NCBI GenBank assembly: GCA_041653755.1
Contig: JBAZEU010000003.1
Location: 18,738 to 82,737, forward strand
From: Minisyncoccota bacterium
Lineage (GTDB): Bacteria; Patescibacteriota; Minisyncoccia; UBA6257; UBA9933
DNA: 64,000 nucleotides
Direction of reading: 5' to 3'
The notes beneath the pieces are model-generated. The model was given only the letters and a program-made list of their open reading frames with translations. It made no database searches and was not told the DNA's origin. A program made the position numbers and the translations under genes. Numbering within the stretch: the first letter of the stretch is position 1; each line of letters starts with the position of its first letter. Below are positions 39,050 to 47,757 of the stretch, piece after piece.

Positions 39050-39550
39050 TTATTTTACTAAATTCTTTCCTTTTGATAAAAATTTGAAAAGCTCCAAACT
39101 TTCGTTCCTCATAATATTCCCAGTTATTTTTATTGGGCTGCCACCAACGATTTTCATTTTCTTATTTGAAATAGTAAGTTCGTCAAATCCATATCTCTTT
39201 GAATCTTCTATTCTCATACCAAACACAATTTTAGAAATTTTTGCCCAATGGCAAGCGCTAAAACACATAGGGCAGGGTTCGCAGGTGGAATAGATTACAC
39301 AACCCGATAAATCAACAGTTTTAAGTTTCCTGCAAGCCCCTCTAATAGCGCAAATTTCTGCATGAGAGGTTATATCTTTGTTCCTCCGTACTTTATTGTG
39401 GGCACAAATAATTATCTTTCTATTTTTGACTATGCATGCCCCAAAAGGATTTTGACCGTTTTTAATGCCTTGCTTCGCCTTATTAATAGCAATTCCCATA
39501 AATTCACTATCATCCATTTTTTTCTTTTTTACGGCGGTAGTATAAGACAT
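39050..39550 (-). CDS. CMP/dCMP-type zinc deaminase (TadA/nucleoside deaminase-like)
   Basis: HAEICAI and PCPMC zinc-binding motifs. Confidence 0.75.
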   Translation of the reverse strand: MSYTTAVKKKKMDDSEFMGIAINKAKQGIKNGQNPFGACIVKNRKIIICAHNKVRRNKDITSHAEICAIRGACRKLKTVDLSGCVIYSTCEPCPMCFSACHWAKISKIVFGMRIEDSKRYGFDELTISNKKMKIVGGSPIKITGNIMRNESLELFKFLSKGKNLVK

Positions 39551-39556
39551 TAAAAC

Positions 39557-40600
39557 TTATAAATATCTTGCTAAGAAAAATATCGCTAACCCTAATCCGA
39601 CAGAAACCGCGGAAATAATCCAGAAACGCATTGTCACCTGGCTCTCCGGCCAACCTCTCGCTTCGAAATGATGATGAATCGGAGTGGAGAGAAAAGTTTT
39701 TCTCTTAAATAATTTTTTACTTGTTAATTGAATGATAACCGAAGCCGATTCTATTAATAGAATTACGCCGAAGAATGGCAACAGCAAAGTAGTGTTGGTC
39801 AACATCGCCATCACGCCTAAGGTAATTCCTAATGACATCGAACCGGTATCTCCCATAAAAAACCTTGCCGGATAAATATTGAACCACAGAAAAGCTAAAA
39901 GCGCGCCGGATAAAACCGACGAAAAAGCCGCCAAGTGATAACGATTGAGAATGAAAGCGACTACTGTCAAAGCGGCAAAAGCAAACAAAGAAACTCCTCC
40001 GAGTAAACCATCCAAACCGTCTGTTTCATTCGCCGAAAAAGCCGCAGCAATAATTACAAACATAAAAACCGGAACATACCAGCCGCCTATCGGAATATTC
40101 CCGACAAACGGGACGTATAGAACTGTCCATTGAAGCTTAAAATAAAACCACCATGCGCCGACAGCAGCAATCACAGCATAAATAATCAATTTATGAGAAA
40201 TTCGCAAGCCGCCACCATTAGGCCCGATTCTGAACTTACCCAACAAATCATCAACTAATCCGATTAAAGCGGCAAAAAGCAAAGCGGCAATAGGCAGATA
40301 TGTTTGAGCTCTATCAACGAAATTAAAATATTGGAAAAATCCGTCAAAAAAATGGCTCAAGATAAAAAATATCAAGGCCAGTCCCAAAACCGTTCCCCAA
40401 ATTATTATTCCACCCATTGTCGGAGTCCCTTCTTTCTTCTGATGGAACTTCGTGAAAATCGGCGTATCTGAACCGTTTCTGATTTGTTTTCCTATTTGAT
40501 GTTTGTGTAAAAATCTGTCGAGGAACGGCGTAAAAAATAACGCCGTTAAAAAACCTATTCCCCCTAAAATTAAAATTCTTGTTGCCTGTAAAATTACCAT
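39557..40600 (-). CDS. mraY: phospho-N-acetylmuramoyl-pentapeptide transferase
   Basis: 10-TM; conserved Asp motifs (NETDGLDGL, VDDLLGK), HHHFE. Confidence 0.9.
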   Translation of the reverse strand: MVILQATRILILGGIGFLTALFFTPFLDRFLHKHQIGKQIRNGSDTPIFTKFHQKKEGTPTMGGIIIWGTVLGLALIFFILSHFFDGFFQYFNFVDRAQTYLPIAALLFAALIGLVDDLLGKFRIGPNGGGLRISHKLIIYAVIAAVGAWWFYFKLQWTVLYVPFVGNIPIGGWYVPVFMFVIIAAAFSANETDGLDGLLGGVSLFAFAALTVVAFILNRYHLAAFSSVLSGALLAFLWFNIYPARFFMGDTGSMSLGITLGVMAMLTNTTLLLPFFGVILLIESASVIIQLTSKKLFKRKTFLSTPIHHHFEARGWPESQVTMRFWIISAVSVGLGLAIFFLARYL

Positions 40601-40731
40601 GATAATATAAATTCTAATCTCTAATATCTAAATTCTGAACAATATCTAATTATCTAAATTATAAACTTTTTGGATTTTGCTATTTTTGATTTGTTTAGAT
40701 TTTAGGATTTCGGATTTAGGGTTTACTGCTT

Positions 40732-41661
40732 CTAATTATTTAGAAGCAGGCGTGTATCTCCAAACCTATCCTCGCTCCCTAAGACAATTATCAAAATCGG
40801 GCCTCTGCCATTTGAGTCCTGAAATAATGAAATTAAATTACCTTTCGATTCATCAATAAATCCGGTTTTCCCGCCCAAGAAATTAGCTTGTCCGGCAAAT
40901 TCGTTGATGCTATTTAAAATTCTTGATTTTTCGCTTTGTGTTTCTGTAATAGAAATTATTTTCTGAGTGGTAATTTTAAAAATTTCCGGATTATTTAAAT
41001 AAATATAATTCACTAATTTTGCCAAATCATTTGCAGTTGATTGGTTCAGAAAAGAAATGCCGGTTGGATCAACAAATTTTGTTTCGGTCATTTTCAATTC
41101 AACCGCTTTTTGATTCATCGCTGTAATAAAATCCTGTTCGCCGTATGTTTCCGCTAATGCTTCTGCCGCGTCATTGCTTGATAAAGTAAGCATCGCTTTT
41201 AATAAATTACTGGCTTTATATGTATCGCCAACCCTAAAATCACCCGATACTCCTTCCGCTTCTATCGCATGCTCACTTAATTTAATCTCCGTATTTAAAT
41301 CAATTTTTTCTGTCACAATCAACGCTGTCATTAATTTTGTCAAAGAAGCAATTGGCCAACGATTTTCAGTTTTTTGTTCCGCTAAATCAACGCCAGTATT
41401 TAATAATCTTTTCAAAAAGACTTGAGCGTAAATTTTTGGCTGTAAATTTTGAGTAGTCGTTACGTTATCGCCCGCTGATGTTGTTTTTAAAACCGCAGCC
41501 GCTGATGAAGAATTTACTGCTTGAGTTTCCTGGCTTTTCGCTGTTTCAACTAAAAATTGAGGGTTATTTCCCCTTTCTTGGATCAAAAGACGTACATACG
41601 ACGAAGTGAAGAAAACAGAAACTAAAATTATTGCGGCCAGTAAAAGCCCTTGGAATTTCAT
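40732..41661 (-). CDS. D-alanyl-D-alanine carboxypeptidase (S11, PBP5/6-like)
   Basis: signal peptide; SxxK (ASLTKLMT), SxN (LSSNDAAEAL), KTG (GKTGF). Confidence 0.75.
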   Translation of the reverse strand: MKFQGLLLAAIILVSVFFTSSYVRLLIQERGNNPQFLVETAKSQETQAVNSSSAAAVLKTTSAGDNVTTTQNLQPKIYAQVFLKRLLNTGVDLAEQKTENRWPIASLTKLMTALIVTEKIDLNTEIKLSEHAIEAEGVSGDFRVGDTYKASNLLKAMLTLSSNDAAEALAETYGEQDFITAMNQKAVELKMTETKFVDPTGISFLNQSTANDLAKLVNYIYLNNPEIFKITTQKIISITETQSEKSRILNSINEFAGQANFLGGKTGFIDESKGNLISLFQDSNGRGPILIIVLGSEDRFGDTRLLLNN

Positions 41662-41706
41662 AATAACATCTTATCAAAAATAAATTGGCTTTACAATTGC
41701 TTATTT

Positions 41707-43062
41707 TTAGAAAAAGCTGTCCTTTATGTAGTTAAAAATTGTCTCGGTGTCTTTTCTGGCATCGCTAGATCCTAATACTTCAATAGCGATAGGTCTTATT
41801 GCGCCGTCTTTCTGGATTTCAAAAACCGATAACATCGATTCTTCGCCAGAATCAGTTTTCCCCCACTCCCCTCCAACAAATTCTTGCTCATTAATTGCGT
41901 TATAATTTTCTAAATTAGAAAATGACGGCTGACCATAAAAAGAATAGTCTAGTTTTTGTGAAGTTAGTTTAAATATAAAATTTTTATTGTTGTAGATATA
42001 TTTTGCCAAGGTAAATAAATCTTCTGCGTTAGAGATATCGTTGTTCCCACTTCCGGAAGCATCTTCAAGGCTGGAATTTTGCATTCCGATAGCTTTTACC
42101 TTTTCGTTCATTAATCCAACAAACCTTTCTTTTCCTAGCTGCAAAGACAATACTTCCGCTGCTTCATTTGATGACTCCAACAAAAGAGGATACAAAAAAT
42201 CATACAAATTAACCTTTTGACCAACTTGTAAACGCGGTTTAGAAGTTGGCACTATCATTTCTTTTTTCACTGTTATGGTTTTGTCTAGATTAATATAATC
42301 CATGGAAACCATTGCCGTGATGAGTTTTGCCGCAGAAGCCGCTGGCTTTATATCCCTTGAAGCTCCTTCGAAAAAAACAAAATTATCTTTTATATCAACC
42401 GCTAAATAGCTTTGAGCTGTTATGCCGGGGATTTTTTTCTGATATTGAAAACTGTCTTGAGCAGGCTGATTTGTAAAAACTAAAACTGGTTCGCCAACCA
42501 CCGTAATTTCATAAATCGCCTTTGCGTCTTCGTCTGAAAGACGAATACATCCTCCGGAATAAGCGGAAGAAACTTTCTGCCCATTTTTATAATAAGGCCA
42601 GCCGTGAATGAAAAAGTTTCCTTGAAACTCCATGCTCCAACGAAAATAAACTTTTGCAATCGAAGAAAAATGACTTGGCTCTTTTAAATCAATTTCATAC
42701 ATTCCGGCCGGTGTTTGCCACCAAGAACCTTCCATCCCTTTAGCCAAAATAGGAACTTGCTTAACAAGTCGTCCACCGATATAAGCGCTTAGTTGCATCG
42801 TGGATAAGTCCGCTTCCAAAAAAGCTGCTTTCTGTTCGATTAAACTATTAACAACATTTTTAAAATAATCAGGGTTGCTTAATGTCGGCTGCGAACCATA
42901 CTGCAAAGAAGAAACAACTACTTGCCCCTGCGGTAAAGGAAAGCTGTATTTATAAATAGTCTGGTTGAAAAAAATTATCCATACAGCAGCCGCAGCAACC
43001 AAAATAAAAACGATTAGAACAACAACCCAGAGATTTATTTTTTTTAAAAAAATATTTTTCAC
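41707..43062 (-). CDS. fusion protein: L,D-transpeptidase (YkuD) domain + D,D-carboxypeptidase (S11) domain
   Basis: YkuD catalytic HGWPYY...SGGCIRLSDEDAKAIYE; C-terminal ASAAKLITAMV (SxxK), ESSNEAAEVL (SxN); N-terminal TM. Confidence 0.7.
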   Translation of the reverse strand: MKNIFLKKINLWVVVLIVFILVAAAAVWIIFFNQTIYKYSFPLPQGQVVVSSLQYGSQPTLSNPDYFKNVVNSLIEQKAAFLEADLSTMQLSAYIGGRLVKQVPILAKGMEGSWWQTPAGMYEIDLKEPSHFSSIAKVYFRWSMEFQGNFFIHGWPYYKNGQKVSSAYSGGCIRLSDEDAKAIYEITVVGEPVLVFTNQPAQDSFQYQKKIPGITAQSYLAVDIKDNFVFFEGASRDIKPAASAAKLITAMVSMDYINLDKTITVKKEMIVPTSKPRLQVGQKVNLYDFLYPLLLESSNEAAEVLSLQLGKERFVGLMNEKVKAIGMQNSSLEDASGSGNNDISNAEDLFTLAKYIYNNKNFIFKLTSQKLDYSFYGQPSFSNLENYNAINEQEFVGGEWGKTDSGEESMLSVFEIQKDGAIRPIAIEVLGSSDARKDTETIFNYIKDSFF

Positions 43063-43077
43063 TTTAGTCGTAAATTA

Positions 43078-44361
43078 TTAATTTGGCAGTAACGCTCCTT
43101 TCGTATAAACATTCCTCGGATCCCAAAGCATCCAACCGTCTGATAATCCGGCATCATGGACTGCCTGAATCTGTTCTCTGACCATTTCTGCCGTGTAGTC
43201 CGCTCCCAAATCAAAATCCTGAAGCCAAGGACGAAGCTTGGCAATCGGAGCAACGAAACATTTCGGCGAATAAGCTGGCGTTGAAGTTGAGCTCGTCGCA
43301 CTGGTTGTAGATACCGTACCATTCCCTGATAAACAGTTTTTCAATCGTTGGTTCGCTATTTCCATCGAGTATTTTACCACTTCATACGGATAAAGGGCAG
43401 GCTTTTTATATCCTAAAAATCCAGACGCATAATGGCTCGGATAAACCATCGGACAAACATAATCAAAATACTGATAAGCGTTTTCTATGACTTGCCCAAT
43501 TCCCAAATCGTCTGAATTAACAGTTGTTAGCCCAAAAAGATCAGCGGAAATTTTATTACCGGCTGTCTGCTCTCTAAGATATTTCATGAAACTTCTAAGG
43601 ATTCCACTTTTGGTGTTTTTACCGTCATACACGGGATACGACATATCGCTCATTTTTCCATCAGAAGGGAAACGAATATAATCAAAATTTACTTCATCAA
43701 ATCCCCTACCAAACGCATCTTTGGCAATCATAATATTATAATCCCAAACTTCTTTTGAAGCCGGATCCATCCACGCCAAACCTTTATTGTCTTTCCATGT
43801 TGTTCCAGTTGATTTGCTTTGAACCGCTAGATCGGGTCGAGCTTTTGCTAAAACCGGATCTTGGAAAATTGTAATTCTCGCAATTGCATAAATTCCTTCA
43901 TCGTGAAGCTTTTTAATAACAGTATTTATTCTTGGAGTTCTTAATTCTTTCGCTTTGTATTTTTCAATATCGCTATTTTGAATATCATAAGTGATGTATC
44001 CAGAATAATCTTTTATATCGATTACCATCGCATTGATTTCTGTTTCTTTCGCTAGATTGATTAATCGGTTTAATTCTGTTTGGCCACCGGCAACCCAGCT
44101 TGTTACGTAAATTGATTTAATAACGCTTGGCGGATTTGCCAATGGTTTTTGGTTTTCGATATCTCCTGTTCCGTTCGTGGTTTTTATTGGATCAGTCGCT
44201 TCCGCCTCTGTTGTGCTTGGCAAAGTTGAAGTAACAGTTGATGTACTATTTATTGATGCTAAATTTTGGCTAGGCGAAACTTCAAAGTTTGTTGTCTTTG
44301 AAAAAACAAAAAATAGGCCAGCGCCTACGACAACGACTAAAGATAAAATCAGATATTTCAT
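43078..44361 (-). CDS. secreted putative glycoside hydrolase-like TIM-barrel protein (GHL10/DUF4015-like) with Ser/Thr-rich linker
   Basis: N-terminal TM/signal, STVTSTLPSTTEAEAT linker, ...SIYVTSWVAGG...AMVIDIKDYSGYITYD... pattern. Confidence 0.45.
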   Translation of the reverse strand: MKYLILSLVVVVGAGLFFVFSKTTNFEVSPSQNLASINSTSTVTSTLPSTTEAEATDPIKTTNGTGDIENQKPLANPPSVIKSIYVTSWVAGGQTELNRLINLAKETEINAMVIDIKDYSGYITYDIQNSDIEKYKAKELRTPRINTVIKKLHDEGIYAIARITIFQDPVLAKARPDLAVQSKSTGTTWKDNKGLAWMDPASKEVWDYNIMIAKDAFGRGFDEVNFDYIRFPSDGKMSDMSYPVYDGKNTKSGILRSFMKYLREQTAGNKISADLFGLTTVNSDDLGIGQVIENAYQYFDYVCPMVYPSHYASGFLGYKKPALYPYEVVKYSMEIANQRLKNCLSGNGTVSTTSATSSTSTPAYSPKCFVAPIAKLRPWLQDFDLGADYTAEMVREQIQAVHDAGLSDGWMLWDPRNVYTKGALLPN

Positions 44362-44449
44362 TTAGTTAAATTTAACAATAAATTTGACGGTTTACAATAA
44401 ATAAAATGCCCCTGAATCGAATGAGATTCAAGGGCATTCTTTATGCTTG

Positions 44450-45106
44450 TTAGCGAGGGCAGAATCCTATCCCGAAGCCGTAAAAGTTTTCCTTGTCGGT
44501 AAACTTTGTTCTCAGCTCAGGTATGATCGTACCCCACTTTGTTTCAAAACATTTGGATGCTCTTACAACAGTGATTTCTTCTCCGCAGGCTACGTCCACT
44601 CTCGTTCCTTTCTTGGAATAGCTCAACCCATAAAGAGGATCACTGTCCTCAGAAAAAGTCGCATAGGCTGTGAAATCACTTATTTTCACCCGTGGACCTA
44701 CTTGCACTTCTTCTTCGGACTGCATCGGGATAAGAACGCCTAAGCCAAGTTTCGCGTTGTGAAAATCAACGGCGATTTCTTGCCTTGTCGTAAACGTTCC
44801 CGCATCCCATTCCCCTTCATTGTTAAGCGCGACATCGAGCCAAGATGTAAACTTCTTAGATACTGTTAAATCGAAAACTCGATCCGTGCTCATTTCATTC
44901 TCCCAGCTGCAAAAAGACACGTTTACATCTTTAGCAACAGGAAGAATCGCCAACGCCCACTTCGGTCCCCCATCATAAACCAATTTGTAAAACTGGCCAT
45001 CAGAGAACCTGTACGAATCCGTGACGTCAGCAGGGTTACCGGCGAAAGCACTTTGCGCAATCCCGGCCACCAGAAGAATCGAAAAAAGAATTTTCCACAG
45101 CTTCAT
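44450..45106 (-). CDS. hypothetical secreted beta-rich protein (signal peptide MKLWKILFSILLVAGIAQSAFA)
   Basis: cleavable signal peptide; no recognisable motifs; GC-richer than flanks. Confidence 0.5.
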   Translation of the reverse strand: MKLWKILFSILLVAGIAQSAFAGNPADVTDSYRFSDGQFYKLVYDGGPKWALAILPVAKDVNVSFCSWENEMSTDRVFDLTVSKKFTSWLDVALNNEGEWDAGTFTTRQEIAVDFHNAKLGLGVLIPMQSEEEVQVGPRVKISDFTAYATFSEDSDPLYGLSYSKKGTRVDVACGEEITVVRASKCFETKWGTIIPELRTKFTDKENFYGFGIGFCPR

Positions 45107-45146
45107 TGTTTCCTCCTTAATTATGTCGGAGGAAACCTTCCTCCGA

Positions 45147-46340
45147 CTATTTGATTAAACAAACTGATCCAATCAAATAGTCGTTAAGAGGAACATGGTC
45201 AATTCTCTTCAGCAAAATCTTCCGGGGTAATAATTTTATCAAAGGATAAATCCTGCCGAGAAACTTTGGCTTTGAAACTTCCATAGTTCCTACCGGCAAA
45301 CACCATTGACCCGAATCAACAATTTTCAAACTTAAATTATGAATTGTTTGCGAAGTTGCTAATTGATCTGTTGGCATACTTATTGCCGTGCAATGGATCG
45401 GGCCGTTTCTCGTTGACGCTTCGACAAAAGTAACTGGCCATACCACTCGCAGGCAAAGGATTGCTAACAAAGCTATAATCAGCCCTCGCTGAAACCTGCC
45501 TTCATTTTTCACTCTAAAGGCATTTATCCAGCTGAAATACTGATCACTGTTAGCAACTTTCCTGATTGTTTCTCGTTCTTGAATGGTTAATTTCCGAAAG
45601 ACTTTTCCTAGTCTTCGGAGCTCTGCTTCCACTCTTATTTCCCTCACAACATTGTAGGGATATTTATGGAAATAGAGAGGCCATGCAAGAACTGCCAGCG
45701 CGAATTTTCTTTTCTCTGCCAGAACGGTTTCGAGAATTCCACTTCCCTCTGCCATTCTTACTAGAAAAAAAGCAATAGCCAAGAAAATTGATCGACGGTA
45801 GAAAACCAAGAGCCACGTGAAGAAATCAGAAAAGTTTTTTGGCGCGCGGCTTTTTGCAGAAGAACGTACAGTTTCACGAAACTGCTCTCCTTCTGCTTTT
45901 CCACCATCACGCCATTCTTTATAATCTTTCTGAGCTTCAACAATTTCATTCTCTGTAAAAAGTTTTCTCTTGATGTTCGAACCAACGATACTGTTCATAC
46001 GACTGAGCTGTGGATCAGGGTCAAATAAAGCGGTATAACATTCCAATTTTTTCTCGTCGATTTTTTTCAAATCTCCAAAATAATCCTTAGGACTGTATGC
46101 CTCCCCTTTTTTCTCCGCTTCTTTCGCAAGTTGCTCAGCGAATGCTACTAGGCCTCTACCATGCTGAATTTCTAAGTTGACGTTCCTGTTCCTTTGATGT
46201 TCTGCTCCATCCCTTATACCGTCAGCAAATGGCTTTGACAATCCGGCTGCCCAGAATATCCAAAAAATAATTAAGACAAATTTGAATATTCCTCCGTTAT
46301 TACCTAAAATCCGTTCCAAATGTTTTATTATCTTCATTTT
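45147..46340 (-). CDS. hypothetical membrane protein (398 aa from MKIIKH start)
   Basis: SD AAGGAGAG 6 nt before ATG at 46340; N-terminal TM, charged middle, multiple TMs; promoter-like TTGACA..TATATT on minus strand at ~46390-46423. Confidence 0.5.
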   Translation of the reverse strand, partial: KMKIIKHLERILGNNGGIFKFVLIIFWIFWAAGLSKPFADGIRDGAEHQRNRNVNLEIQHGRGLVAFAEQLAKEAEKKGEAYSPKDYFGDLKKIDEKKLECYTALFDPDPQLSRMNSIVGSNIKRKLFTENEIVEAQKDYKEWRDGGKAEGEQFRETVRSSAKSRAPKNFSDFFTWLLVFYRRSIFLAIAFFLVRMAEGSGILETVLAEKRKFALAVLAWPLYFHKYPYNVVREIRVEAELRRLGKVFRKLTIQERETIRKVANSDQYFSWINAFRVKNEGRFQRGLIIALLAILCLRVVWPVTFVEASTRNGPIHCTAISMPTDQLATSQTIHNLSLKIVDSGQWCLPVGTMEVSKPKFLGRIYPLIKLLPRKILLKRIDHVPLNDYLIGSVCLIK

Positions 46341-46475
46341 TCTCTCCTTATATTTAAATTGCAAAGAACAGCTTAACCGTGGTAAATATAACATATAAAT
46401 TATTAATTGTCAATATAATCTACAGCTTCTTTTTGATTTGAATCTACTTCTAAAAACCTGTAAACTAAACCTATT

Positions 46476-47579
46476 ATGGCTCTCGCTATTTATAGAAAAT
46501 ATCGACCGAGAACTTTTGAAGATGTTTTAGGGCAAGAGAATATCACAGAGCTTCTAAAAAATGCCGCGGCTTCAAATCGATTGGCGCATGCTTATCTTTT
46601 TTTCGGACCAAGAGGATGCGGAAAAACAACTACTGCTCGTTTGATTGCCAAAATCGCCAATTGCGAAACTCGTCAGCAAGACGAAAATTTTAGAAAAAAA
46701 GGCGAACCTTGTAATCATTGCCGAGTTTGTAAAGAAGTCGATGAAGGGCATGCTCTAGACATTATTGAAATTGATGCCGCTTCAAATCGTGGTATTGATG
46801 AAATCAGAAATTTAAAAGAAGGGATAAACCTCTCCCCTACTTCTTATCAATATAAAGTTTTTATTATTGATGAAGCACATCAATTAACCAAAGAAGCGTT
46901 TAATGCTTTATTAAAAACCTTGGAGGAACCGCCAGCTCACGCAATTTTAATTTTAGCCACAACTCAAATAGAAAAAATCCCGGCAACGATCGCCTCTCGA
47001 ACTCAAAGATTTCAATTTAAAAAAGTTCCGCTTTTAACGATTGTTGAAAAATTAAAGAAAATTGTTGAACAAGAAAAAATTGAAATCACTAAAGATGCTT
47101 TGGAAATGGTGGCGGCTGCGGCTGAAGGAAGTTTCAGAGACTCAGAAAGTTTATTGGAACAACTAGCAAGTTTGTCAGAAAAAATAAACCTGGAAAATGT
47201 TGAACAAACATTGGGCCGGGTTGGATTCTTAAAAACAGCCGGATTAGCAGAATTATTGGTTAAAAAAGATATGAAAGCGGCTTTGGAATATTTATACGAA
47301 ATAAACGAGAGCGGATATAATCTTGTCCAATTTAATAAAGATCTAATTCATTATTTGAGGCGGGTTTTATCCCTGAAATTAAATCCCCAACTCGAAAATA
47401 TGTTTAAAAAGGAAATCACTGACTCCGAGCTTGAAATTATCAAAAAACATAGTAAAATAGCCGAAGATCAACAATTGATAAAATTGATAAAATCTTTGAT
47501 TGAAGCATACACTGAAATGCGCTATTCACCGTTTACGGTAGTACCACTGGAAGTAGCAATCGTAGAAAACTTAAAGTAA
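46476..47579 (+). CDS. dnaX: DNA polymerase III subunit gamma/tau (clamp-loader AAA+ core)
   Basis: YRPRTFEDVLGQE..., Walker A GPRGCGKTT, zinc module CNHCRVC, DEAH-like IIDEAHQL, SRT motif. Confidence 0.85.
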   Translation: MALAIYRKYRPRTFEDVLGQENITELLKNAAASNRLAHAYLFFGPRGCGKTTTARLIAKIANCETRQQDENFRKKGEPCNHCRVCKEVDEGHALDIIEIDAASNRGIDEIRNLKEGINLSPTSYQYKVFIIDEAHQLTKEAFNALLKTLEEPPAHAILILATTQIEKIPATIASRTQRFQFKKVPLLTIVEKLKKIVEQEKIEITKDALEMVAAAAEGSFRDSESLLEQLASLSEKINLENVEQTLGRVGFLKTAGLAELLVKKDMKAALEYLYEINESGYNLVQFNKDLIHYLRRVLSLKLNPQLENMFKKEITDSELEIIKKHSKIAEDQQLIKLIKSLIEAYTEMRYSPFTVVPLEVAIVENLK

Positions 47580-47583
47580 TTAT

Positions 47584-47657
<74 letters not shown>

Positions 47658-47697
47658 TCAACATTTTTTATCCCAAGGCCGTATCACATAAATTTAA

Positions 47698-47731
47698 AAA
47701 GGGCGATCGTGATGACCGCCCTTTGTTTTTT
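47698..47731. terminator. bidirectional intrinsic terminator (tRNA-Gln / helicase gene)
   Basis: aaagggcg-atcgtgatgac-cgcccttt with T-runs on both strands. Confidence 0.65.
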
Positions 47732-47757
47732 ACCTCCTTTCAATATTTGAAGTTATC

